The notes beneath the pieces are model-generated. The model was not told where the DNA came from and did not search any database. It saw only the letters and a list, made by a program, of their open reading frames with translations. From the human T2T-CHM13v2.0 reference genome, Homo sapiens, in assembly GCF_009914755.1 (NCBI RefSeq), contig NC_060925.1: DNA of 64,000 bases; one strand, written 5' to 3'. The translations under genes were made by a program, and so were the position numbers. Below, in pieces: positions 29,146 through 56,100 of this stretch. Each line of letters starts with the position of its first letter. The first letter of the stretch is position 1.

Positions 29146-29689
29146 TATGGATGGGCCCAGTGGGGCAGGGATTATGTGAGGATAAACAAGTTGGAGAAAT
29201 GGGGGAGGAGAGGACAAGCACATGGAAGACTCATGGTGATGGGGTGAGAGGCAGGGGGTACAGCTCTTAGTGGAGGCTAAGGGGGTACACTTCAGGTATA
29301 TTTGAGGTTCATTCTTTTGAGATCTGAGGTCCTTGGACTTGAATGCAACAGGAAGCAGGATTCCAAGTTATTTCTCTGGAAAGCTCTGACATATCAACCC
29401 ATGGAATACCATCAACCCATCATACCATGGAAAGCTCATGGTGTCTTTATTCCATTATGGGTAGATCTCATCTCTCAACCTTATCCCACTTTACTGCAAC
29501 TTGGCAGAGAGATATTGGGGAGCAGAAGAAAGGAGAAAGGAATTGAAATCAGGGACAGGGTTGAGGGCTATGGGGGTTAGGGGAATGAGGGTCGGGTAAG
29601 AGGGCAAGTGTAAATGATCTTGTCCGTTTTTGAGTTAATGTGTAATGAGACGGGGAGAAAACAGGAGAGCCCAGAATGACCTGGATGCT

Positions 29690-29990
29690 GATCACTGAAC
29701 ATACCCTACCCCCAGTAAAACAAATTCAGAAAACAGCTTCCGCCCGTCCCCTCCCAATGGAGGGCTCTGGCAGGAAAAGAGGTGAATAAGAGGCTTCTAC
29801 CAGGGTAAAGGTTGAAGGCACCTGGTCATTTGATCACCTTATCAGTTCTAGGCAGTGATTAGCCAATATTGAGTCAGCAGGGGCAATAGCCCTGGCCCTT
29901 GTCTCACTCCTGTTGGGGGTGGGGGAGGGGGAGAGGTACATTCCCAGGTTCAAAGCATTTGGGTGAAATCAGTTAAATAGATATCAGAAG
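29690..29990 (-). promoter_or_regulatory. APOA2: APOA2 distal liver enhancer including the DR1 (HNF4/PPAR) element
   Basis: DR1 AGGGTA-A-AGGTTG at 29802-29814, E-box CACCTG at about 29819, HNF1-like GTTAAATAGAT at about 29972. Position matches the established -911/-616 enhancer. Confidence 0.7.
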
Positions 29991-30111
29991 CTTTTGTATC
30001 TTTCACCCTTTTGCCCCCCAAGCATACTCGCTGAGTATGTGGAACATTCCTGAGGGTGACAGTGGAGGCGCAAAGCTGATGAGGGAGGTAGTGACCAGAG
30101 ACCAAGAAATC

Positions 30112-30597
30112 TTTGTTTTTTAACTTTTGTTTTAAATTCAGAAGTATATGTGCAGGTTTTTTTGTTTGTTTTCCTGAGACAGAGTTTTGCTCTTGTTGCT
30201 CAGGCTGGAGCGTAATGGCATGATCTCGGCTCACTGCAACCTCCACCTCCCGGGTTCAAGGATTCTCCTGCCTCAGCATCCCAAGTAGCTGGGATTACAG
30301 GCATGCGCCACCACGCCCGGGTAATTTTGTACTTTTAGTAGAGACGGGGTTTCCCCATGTTGGTCAGGCTGGTCTTGAACTCCCGACCTCAGGTGATCTG
30401 CCCGCCTCGGCCTCCCAAAGTGCTAGGATTACAGGCATGAGCCACCGCCCCTGGCCTATATATGCAAGTTTGTTACACACGTAAACTTGTGTCATGGGGA
30501 TTTGTTGTACAGATTATTTCATCACCCAGGTATTAAGCCTAATATCCATTAGTTATTTTTCCTGATCTTCTCCCTCCTCCCACCCTTCACCCTCCAA
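30112..30597 (-). mobile_element. Primate L1 3'-end fragment interrupted by an AluSp-like element (about 30155-30455)
   Basis: L1 3' motifs GTTTGTTACA...GATTATTTCATCACCCAGGTATTAAGCCTA...CTCCCTCCTCCCACCCT flank a full reverse Alu. Confidence 0.75.
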
Positions 30598-31249
30598 GAC
30601 CAAGAACTCTTACTCCATTTTCAATTATTCCCCTGTGGAGCGCTTAGTGCTTGAGGTCAGCCCTTTGGCTTGTCCCTGGTCCTGGGATGGAGTGCCTTTG
30701 GGGGCCAGGCTCCATATTCCTAGATTTTATTTGCCAACTCTGCCTTGGGACTCAGGGAAGGAAGGGTTAAATACAGAAAGCAGCTGTTTCAGCGAATAGT
30801 TCTGCTAGAACTTACTCCTCTGCGCCAAACTCTCACACCCGTTTCCATTCCACCAAGTGGTCAAGAGCGGGGACTTCGAGAGATGTAGACCTCCAGAAGA
30901 GAAGGGTGGGTCCCTGTTCTAGGGAGTGCTGCGCTTAATGAGTAGTACTCATTTGGAGGTGTGCTGTGGAGGGCTGTGAGGAGGATTTCCCATGGGTTCT
31001 TTGGAGAGAAGGGAGCGATAGAAATGAACCAGGGTTCCAAAGAAGTCTTCATAATCGTTCTTTCTGCCACCCTTCACACTATGCCAGTCTACAAGCTGTA
31101 GTTCCACTTTTCTCATGGATGAAACTACATGGGTGGAAGGAGCTTCAGTGGCCCAAGCTACAAGATGCTCCCTCTAGTGTCTTGTACGCTCACAAGTTTT
31201 TTTCCGACCTTGGAGAGGCCTAGTGATCTAAAGCCTTCCACTTAAGTCT

Positions 31250-31582
31250 AAGGGGCCACCAATCAAGTCCTGCCCGCCTCTGCAGCTCCAGGGTTGAAGC
31301 TCTTGGGCCGTCAGACCTGCCACTCATTTTCTTCCTCCCTTCCCATTGGCCCATGGTAAATAGCGAGGCTTTTTTTTTTTTTTTTTTCATTGATTGGGCG
31401 GGGCCCAATCAGGGTTGGGTTGGGTCTTTGACAGCTTTCTTTGCCAGATTCAAAGATGGCGCTTACGGCCACGCTAAGAATGCAGCGTGAAGCTGCAGTT
31501 CTGCCATCACTCAAGATGGCTGCCCCCATCAAGATGACCGGGGTGTGCCGGGGGGAAAGGGGCAGCATGATGGTCTGAGATG
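31250..31582 (+). promoter_or_regulatory. TOMM40L: TOMM40L promoter and non-coding exon 1 (donor after 31582)
   Basis: CCAAT boxes at about 31259, 31345(-), 31393(-), 31405; GC box; YY1-type AAGATGGC at 31453 and 31513; donor ATG|GTAAGG. Confidence 0.7.
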
Positions 31583-31935
31583 GTAAGGGATACTGCACCA
31601 TTGCGGGCCTGGTCTTGGGGCCTGGGAATGAAGAATAGAGAGGCTAGGGAGCTAGGTGAAGTCTGTGGTGGGGGCTAGGATCAGAGAAAGGGAGAGAGGA
31701 CAAGGGTGACAAGTGGGGGTGAGAGATCAAAGATGGGGCGGGAGTGTGCCTAGGGTTGTCTCTCCATGAGTGCTCTCCTTCCCTACTCTTCCTGTTCCAG
31801 GTGTAGCGTCGGACCATGTGGAAGTTTCTGAGGCTGGGGAGCCGGATAATGGGGGGTGGGGCCCGTTGGGGGGTAAAGGGGCAATAGCGTCCTTTCACAG
31901 GCTAACCTCGGCTCTTCCCAGTCCTCTGGACTAAA

Positions 31936-34541
31936 ATGGGGAACACATTGGGCCTGGCACCAATGGGGACTTTGCCCCGCCGGAGCCCCCGCCGAGAGGA
32001 ACCCCTGCCCAACCCTGGGAGCTTCGATGAGCTGCACCGTCTATGCAAAGGTGAGAACTTGGCACTTGGGTGTCTCAGGATGAAGGGGCAGAGGAGTGGA
32101 GGGTCTTGAATGCCGGATGTCCGGCGATGGGAGCAGGAAAGGGGAGATCATAGCTGGGTCATGCAGCCTCAGGGAGGATCAGGTGCCCAAATGAAGTGGA
32201 GCATTTCATTGCAGGACTTGAAAGGAGGTTAATTCCTCCAAAGTGTTCCCTATGGGATTGAAAGGGGAGACTATCTTTTGGGGTAGGGGTTCTTTGTCTG
32301 TGCTTATTCCTTCCCTTCCCCTACCCCCTTCAGATGTATTCCCAGCACAGATGGAGGGAGTGAAGCTCGTTGTCAACAAGGTTCTGAGCAGCCATTTCCA
32401 GGTGCTCCCACTTCTCTGGCCCCTCCTTACTATTCCCCCTTTCCTGTCCCTGGATCATCTTCTCCTTTCCTTTGTACTCCAGCCCTAGCCAGTCTATGTG
32501 GGACAAATGAGGGAGGATGTGGGGTTCTCTTTACCTCCGTGCCTGTGGGACTTGTTGCTTTTAATCCGATGACCTTCTCTGTATATGTTGGAATATTTAG
32601 GATTCTTGAGAGGCCCTCTGGATGGGGAAAAGACTAAGGGTGGGATGAGGGATTGAAGTGGAGCAGGAATGCGCTTTTCTCCACTGAATCCTCTTTTCCT
32701 CAGGTGGCGCACACTATACACATGAGTGCCCTGGGCTTGCCGGGATATCACCTCCATGCGGCCTATGCAGGGGATTGGCAGCTCAGTCCCACTGAGGTGA
32801 GGGCTCCACACACCTGGGTCATCTCCCTAAAAACCAATCTGGGACCCAGGTCTGGAGGAAGAGGAATTGTGTGTGTTATGGGGAGGAATGGGCCGTAACA
32901 TGATTCTCTGTGTCTTTTCTGAATGAGAGAGGGTAGAGAAACATTTTCTGTGAAGAGCCCAGAGTGTGTCTTTGTGACTCCACCAGGGGGCGCTGTGCAC
33001 TCTTAATGAAGTTCTATATTTGGGTTTAGGCTGAGTGGTGCCATCCGGCTCAGCCTTACTACTGTGTACACCCTTCCACAGGTGTTCCCCACTGTGGTAG
33101 GGGATATGGACAGCAGTGGCAGCCTGAACGCCCAGGTCTTGCTCCTCTTGGCAGAGCGGCTCCGAGCTAAGGCTGTCTTCCAGGTGACCACAGTTCCTGC
33201 CTCCATCCCCTGAGGCACTTCCTCTTTCTCCTCCACGGGTTTCCTGCTCTGAGGGCTTGGAAGGAGGAGCAGAGTCTATAATGATCATAAAGAGGGAGGG
33301 AGATTTTACTTCTTGCTCTTGCCACCCAGACGCAGCAGGCCAAGTTCCTGACATGGCAGTTTGATGGCGAGTATCGGGGAGATGACTACACAGCCACTCT
33401 GACCCTAGGAAATCCTGACCTGATTGGGGAGTCGGGTGAGGAACTGGGACAGGGTTCTTTTTATCTTGGCGGCCCATTTGCTAATGTTACTATGCCTCTT
33501 CATCTTCTGTACAGTTTGGAGTTTAGAAAAGGAACTTCTTGGGCAGGCTGGGGTGGCGGTTATTGGGAGTGAGGGAGCAGGTCTGGATATTGTCTCTATG
33601 ACTGACTCCATGTCTCCCCATTCCCCCACAGTGATCATGGTTGCTCACTTCCTGCAGAGCCTCACTCATCGGCTGGTGCTGGGAGGAGAGCTAGTTTATC
33701 ACCGGCGGCCAGGCGAAGAGGGGGCCATCTTGACACTGGCTGGGAAGTACTCGGGTATGGGGCGAAGTGAAGTAGTGGTGGTGGTGGGGGGCAATTCTGG
33801 ACTTTTCTGGGGTTCCTGGCCTGTGTCATACTACAGTTAACACTCCTTCCCCTCTGTACTTTGGATTTTACAGCTGTACACTGGGTAGCTACATTGAATG
33901 TGGGATCAGGCGGGGCCCATGCAAGTTACTACCACAGGGCAAATGAACAGGTGAGACCTCTGATCTCATTCCCTCCTTGTCAGCAAGTCAGTCATGAACT
34001 TCTGTTCATCTGGACCTCTATCGCCCTGCTGACCTATTTTTCTTCCTACCACGCTGTGTATATATTTACATGCATGCCTCCATTCTGCTGATTCCCCATC
34101 AGGACCCTTCTGGTCTTCACTGATACTGATCTCTCTCTCATCCTTGCCCATGGTTCTCAGGTTCAGGTTGGAGTGGAGTTTGAGGCAAACACAAGGCTAC
34201 AAGACACAACATTCTCCTTTGGTTACCACCTGACTCTGCCCCAGGCCAACATGGTATTTAGAGGTGAGGGTTATTGGGAGACATTTGGCTATCCTGAGGA
34301 ATGGGGGATGCAGAGGAGGGAGGGAAGCTCGACCTTACTTCTGGTGACTATTTCCTCCAATCCCTGTTAAATAATCTAGTGGGTATTCTCTCCCCCAACA
34401 GGCTTGGTGGATAGTAACTGGTGTGTAGGTGCTGTGCTGGAGAAGAAGATGCCCCCTCTGCCTGTCACCCTAGCCCTTGGAGCCTTCCTCAATCACTGGC
34501 GCAACAGATTCCATTGTGGCTTCAGCATCACTGTGGGCTGA
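31936..34541 (+). CDS. TOMM40L: Mitochondrial import receptor subunit TOM40B, 308 aa
   Basis: Coding exons 31936-32050, 32334-32401, 32704-32796, 33082-33183, 33330-33435, 33632-33754, 33874-33950, 34161-34263, 34402-34541 (927 nt). [11 protein letters not shown]...[19 protein letters not shown]...[11 protein letters not shown], Tom40 beta-barrel. Confidence 0.98.
32632..32707 (+). ncRNA. MIR5187: microRNA precursor miR-5187 (5'-tailed mirtron at the 3' end of a TOMM40L intron)
   Basis: 5p arm TGGGATGAGGGATTGAAGTGGA (32641-32662) pairs with 3p arm ACTGAATCCTCTTTTCCTCAG (32683-32703), which ends exactly at the acceptor AG. Matches recalled mature sequences. Confidence 0.85.
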
Positions 34542-35242
34542 GGTTGTCCAGAGCCAGCCCCCACAGCAGCTGGAACCTCTGAGTCAGGTGCCCTAGGGCC
34601 AAAGACTAGGCCCCTCTTCAGAGCCCACCTTGCTGGGTGATCTCTAGGACCCAGGAGCAGAGTGGTGGACAGGACCATGCCCTCCTCAGAACTGGAGCTG
34701 CCACAGGGGCAGTTGATGAGGCAGAGGTTTGAGGATCCCCCCTCTGCTACCAGCCCCAGTATCACCTTCCCCATGCTCTTGTGGCTGTGGACTAAGGGAG
34801 AAGGATTAAGGGGTATGGCTGAATTCCCCCGGCACCCCTTGCCCTCAGGCTTCCTTCTTCCTTTCCCTTTGGTTAATCCTGCATGGGATTAGCTGACCAT
34901 CCTGTTTTCCATCCCAGAGCCTCCCAAGGCTGGGAAAGTAGGGCTGAAGGGCTAGATGTTTGGTCTCAGGAAGTGGGGCCCACCCATTCCCAGAAGGAGC
35001 TTCTTTACCTCTTAGCCCTGAGGTTTCCTCCTTCCCATCTTCTGTGCTTCCAGAGAACAACTTTGTTCCTATGGTCACCCCCACTATCCCCATGACCGCA
35101 TGAAGAGGCAGTTATTGCTTTAGTCTTTCATTGCAACCACTGGGCTCCCTTTGAACCCGGCCCAATCTTTGGTCCCAGCATTTTCCCACTCCAGTGTATC
35201 CAGGGTGTTCCAGGTGAGCTGGGGAAGGAAGTGAGCATGGCC

Positions 35243-42025
<6,783 letters not shown>

Positions 42026-42189
42026 GACGTCACGTGTTGGGGTGGCTGTCACAGACTCCTGAATGTAGGAGGGGTCAGCAGTCAGTTTTGGGCCACCCTT
42101 GACCCTTTTCTGTCCCTTCTAGAGAGTCTCTTTCCAAACCAAACCAAACATGCCCTTGACTTGATCCCTGGCGTTATCTTTTGTGGTTT

Positions 42190-43450
<1,261 letters not shown>

Positions 43451-43639
43451 CCAGCATTATCTGTATTTTATTACATTTAGTCTTTGGTCCCCAACAGATT
43501 TCCTACCTGCTTCTCTTAGGCAGCATGTCACCTGCAGGCCACAGAATCTGGTATGGAATGCCTCTCCCCAAACTCCCACGCTGTTGCTGGTTTTCCTCTG
43601 ATCTCAGGAGTTGCCAGTGATTGGAGTTAGGGATTATGA

Positions 43640-43760
43640 CCCGTAGTATCTGGAAAACAAGAGATGTCTGTTTTATGTGGCCTCCAGTTGCTCTCAGTGA
43701 CTGTGGGGTTAGGGCACAGACCCTGGACTCAGGGCAAAGGCCTGGGTGGGAGGTTTTCCC
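43640..43760 (-). promoter_or_regulatory. NR1I3: NR1I3 proximal promoter with HNF4-alpha DR1 element
   Basis: AGGGCA-A-AGGCCT DR1 at 43731-43743, matching the recalled HNF4 response element of human CAR; CATAAAA TATA-like element on - at 43671-43677. Confidence 0.7.
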
Positions 43761-44059
43761 AGCATGACAAAAGTGCTGGTTGGTGGCACACGGGGAGGGA
43801 CTCCAGTGGGTGGGAACCTTGTGACTCATTGGAAGCTGCTGCTTATTAGACTCATCGAGATTTTCCCTGTTGATGAGTTTAAGGCTACATCTGCAGCCTT
43901 CTGTGTACAGAGATCCTGAACAAGCTGGGAAGAGAGAGAGAGAGAGAGAGACAGGCAGACAGACAGAGCAAGCTTTTTCACACGCAGTATGTCAGTACTA
44001 AAAGAAGAGGTGTGACAGTTCCACAAGGCTCCCCCAAAAAAAGTTTTTAAGAGACTAGG

Positions 44060-45027
<968 letters not shown>

Positions 45028-45132
45028 TATTTTTCTTTGTTTTGCTATTATGTCTTCTGCTTCTTCATTTGCATTAAATTATAATTAATGTTTCTCTAAA
45101 GATGAGTTAAAACCCCAAGTGCAGGCTGGAGT

Positions 45133-45167
<35 letters not shown>

Positions 45168-45379
45168 AGAGAGAGACTGAGTTAAAAAGATCCTTGTTTA
45201 GGTTACCAGAATGAGTTGGTAGAACCCCTAATCTCAAGTGGTATAGCATCTAACTATGCATAACTTTGTATTTTGAAATAAACTGAGTTCCAGAGAGCAC
45301 AGATGCTTGGATCTGTTCCTTGGGAGATGGTAAGAATATTTATGTGTATGTATCTGTTGGTGTCTTTGTGACTCTGACA

Positions 45380-46600
<1,221 letters not shown>

Positions 46601-47949
46601 GAAGGACAAGGGCCCTCCATACTTGGGTGCCAATCCATTTTCACAGTTGACAATTTACTCCAGCAATAAGTTATCAAGTGTCCACTCATGATTAGGCACC
46701 AGAAGGAGAGACAAAAGAGAGTCCCTATTACAGAGACACTTCCAGATTAATTATGAAGACTGAATACATAAATTGAATTCCTAGGTCTTAAAAGAAAATA
46801 TATAATCAAACCTTAAATGTTTGATTTAAGGTTGTGGTAAAGACTATGTATAATATTATAGGTATTAATTGCTCCCTTAATTTATTCTTCTTGTGTACCC
46901 AGTATGAGCAGAGTACTATGTAAAAATCCTTGCCTGTGTTAACACTGTAAGATAGGTAATATCATCATTTTACAGATGAGAAAACTGAGGCTCAGAGTGT
47001 TTAGATAGCTTATACAAGGGCCAATATACCCAACAGTTTATTAGATGACTCCACTTGGATGTCACATAGACACCTCAAATTCAATATGTCTCAAATTGAA
47101 TTGTCAATCCCCCACAAACTAACTTTTCCTATGTTACCTAACTTGGTGACTAGTCCAATGTGAGAAAGTGGAAAGAACATGGGCTTTGGGGTCATATAGA
47201 CTTAGGTTCAAATTCTGACTGGCTCTTGCTAGTTGAATTACTTATTTTTTGCCACTTCTCTAATTGTTTGACGTGACTGAGACCCAGCTCCATGGGGCCC
47301 TGGGAATCAGATATCATCAGGCTGAGCCAATACCGGACCAGGGAAGGGAGGCATACTTCCTCTTCCTACATCAGCTTTGAATGCTTAGGGAGAGGCTAGG
47401 CTAGAAAGATGTTCTGGTCCAGGGATGCCCTTCACCTGGGGCCAGGGATTACACCGAGCCTTGTTCTTCTTGGAGAAGTCCACCTTGAAGTTCTTTGAGA
47501 TGGGGTTGCCTTGGGAACAGACTGCTTTGAGTTTGCTCTTCTGTGTACACAAACCCTCCCCTGGCTTCAGGGTCACTGCTGTAATGCAGATGGAGAGTGG
47601 AATCTGCTGCAGGATGCCCCTGGCATCCATGGTGAACAGGCTTTCAGGGTTAACTGACACCCTCACCCTCTTCCAACATGCCTTTTCCAGGCCAGGGTCT
47701 GAAAAACACCTGTGAGGATTGTGACCTGATGGGTTAAGCTCTCTGAATTTCAGTTTTCTCACCTGGAAAAAAAAAGGGTTAAAACACTCATTATCCAGGT
47801 TTGCTGTGAAGATTAAACAAAGTAATAAAGTAGTAAAATGTAAAATTCCTTACACGGTGCTTGAAATATGGAAGGAAATCAACACATATTCATTCTCTTA
47901 CCTTCTTCGTTTCCTTCCCCTTTTACTGCTGTCTTCTCCCAGATACAAA

Positions 47950-48750
47950 ACCAGAAACTGGTGAGTCACCTAGTCTCCTTTCTCTCCCTCACTCCCTATA
48001 AATGACCAAATGCCATGACCTGTCATTCCTATCTTCTGACCTCTACATGCCCACTACCTCTTAGCTGAGTTTAGGCCCTCATCATTTTTCACTTACTGCT
48101 GCAGTAGACTATTCAATTATTCTCCCTGCTCCCAGCCTCATCTCCTTCCAACCCATCCTCCATGCTGTTGCTATTTCTAAAATGCAAATTTGATCATGTC
48201 TCTCCTCTGCTTAAAATTCTTCATTTGCTTTCCATCACCTTCACAATAAAATCCAATCTCTTTAGCATGTCACACAAAGTCCTTTGTGATCTGGCCCCTA
48301 TTTAATCACTCTGGCCTCATCTATTCTGTCCCCACTTCCCTCCCCTGACCTAGCACATCACACTTTGGCTCTAGATGTGCTTAGGCATTTAGAGTTCCCT
48401 GAACAAGCTGTGCTCACTCACCTCTGAACAACTGCCCTTGTTGTTCCCTCTGGTTGGAATCACGTCACACACCCTTACTTTCAAACCCTCCTCCTCGATC
48501 CTCCTGATCCTCTTGGTCCTTCAGGCCTGGGTAGAGCAGATCACCTCTGTGAGCCTAATAGATCTACACCTCTGTACACAAATTTGTGACAGCACTTATC
48601 ACATTGCAGAACAACTGACTGTTTCTTTTTGACTCTATCAATCAACTGTGAGTTGATGAAGTCAAGGGCTGCACCTGTCATTTGGGGATCCTTAGGGTCT
48701 TATGTACTCCAAGCATATATAATAAATATTTATGGAATGAATAAATGGAC
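47950..48750 (+). mobile_element. L2 LINE 3' relic
   Basis: AAATGCAAATTTGATCATGTCTCTCCTCTGCTTAAAA motif and terminal AATAAATATTTATGGAATGAATAAATG. Confidence 0.65.
48433..48447 (-). promoter_or_regulatory. NR1I3: Distal glucocorticoid response element of NR1I3
   Basis: GGAACA-ACA-AGGGCA on the - strand, about 4.8 kb upstream of the TSS. Matches my recollection of the published distal CAR GRE. Confidence 0.6.
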
Positions 48751-48944
48751 TAGGATACAAATTAAGATCTGATTTCAAACCCGTGCTCTTTTCATGCAAC
48801 ATCATATGCTATTGTTTGTGAATGAGCACACTCATTCATTCAATAAATATGTAATGGGTATCTACTTTGTGCCAGGCATTTTGCTAGCACTATCATCTGA
48901 ATACATTTCTATTTCCCTTTTAGCTGCTTTCTTTTTTAATTTTT

Positions 48945-49530
<586 letters not shown>

Positions 49531-49560
49531 TTTCATAGCTTTTTTAAAAAAAAATTCTGA

Positions 49561-49876
<316 letters not shown>

Positions 49877-49889
49877 TTCTGAGACATGA

Positions 49890-55183
<5,294 letters not shown>

Positions 55184-55593
55184 TAGTAACTATTTAGTAA
55201 TAAATTATATAGATTGGATTGTGGGGCCCATCTTTCACGTCTGCCCCGTATACCCTGACAGAATCCACTTGGCTAGTTTGGGTACTCAAATATGGTACCA
55301 GCAACCAGATGGTGAGTTGCTGCCTGAAATGTGTGAAGAAACAAGCTAGACTCTAGGAGACAGGACTTGCATATTTTAATGGAAACAATAGGTGCAAGGT
55401 CATAGGAAGTGTCTTTTTATAAATAGCTTCACAGCCTTGGCACAGTGGAGAGCACATTGTCAGACTGAGATTGAATGAATAAACAGTTGGAAATTAACTT
55501 TTGTGGGGCATCATTTACCTATTCAAGTGGACACTGGAGACCATCATTTTGTTGGAGTGAGTTTTTTGTTTTTTTGCATTGTGTGGGAGGTAG

Positions 55594-56079
55594 TGAGAAG
55601 TGAAGCCAGCTGGACTTCTGGGTCGGGTGGGGACTTGGAGAACTTTTCTGTCTCACAAAAGGATTGTAAAATGCGCGAATCAGCACTCTGTAACTAGGAT
55701 TGTAAAATGCACCAATCAGTGGTCTGTAGCTAGCTAGAGGTTTGTAAAATGGACCAATCAGCATTCTGTAAAATGGACCAATCAGCACTCTGTAAAATGG
55801 ACCAATCAGCATTCTGTAAAATGAACCAATCAGCAGGACATGGGCAGGGACAAATAAGGGAATAAAAGCTGGCCACCCCAGCCAGCAGCAGCAACCCGCT
55901 TGGGTCCCCTTCCATGCTGTGGAAGCTTTGTTCTTTCGCTTTTCACAATAAATCTTGCTGCTGCTCACTTTTTGGGTCTGTGCCACCTTTAAGAGCTGTT
56001 AACACCGTGAAGGTCTGTGGCTACGTTCTTGAAGTCAGCGAGACCAAGATTGCACCAGAAGAAACCAACTCTGGACACA
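55594..56079 (+). repeat. 5' LTR (LTR12 family, short LTR12F-like type)
   Basis: Starts TGAGAAGTGAAGCCAGCTGG; tandem CCAATCAGC units; AATAAAA TATA-like at 55861; AATAAA at 55947; ends GGACACA. Confidence 0.9.
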
Positions 56080-56082
56080 TCT

Positions 56083-56100
56083 TGGCAACCCAGATGGGAC
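56083..56100 (+). other. Primer binding site for tRNA-Arg (CCG-type), followed by the major splice donor TG|GTAAGT after 56112
   Basis: TGGCAACCCAGATGGGAC is 17/18 complementary to the recalled 3' end of human tRNA-Arg(CCG) (...GTCCCATCTGGGTCGCCA). Confidence 0.8.

Noticed and set aside
32827-33477. 216-aa - strand ORF
   Set aside because: Antisense to TOMM40L exons and introns; a shadow ORF.
55660-55840. Regularly spaced 24-40 bp repeats resembling a CRISPR array
   Set aside because: LTR12 U3 CCAAT tandem repeats in a human ERV; no unique spacers and no cas genes.
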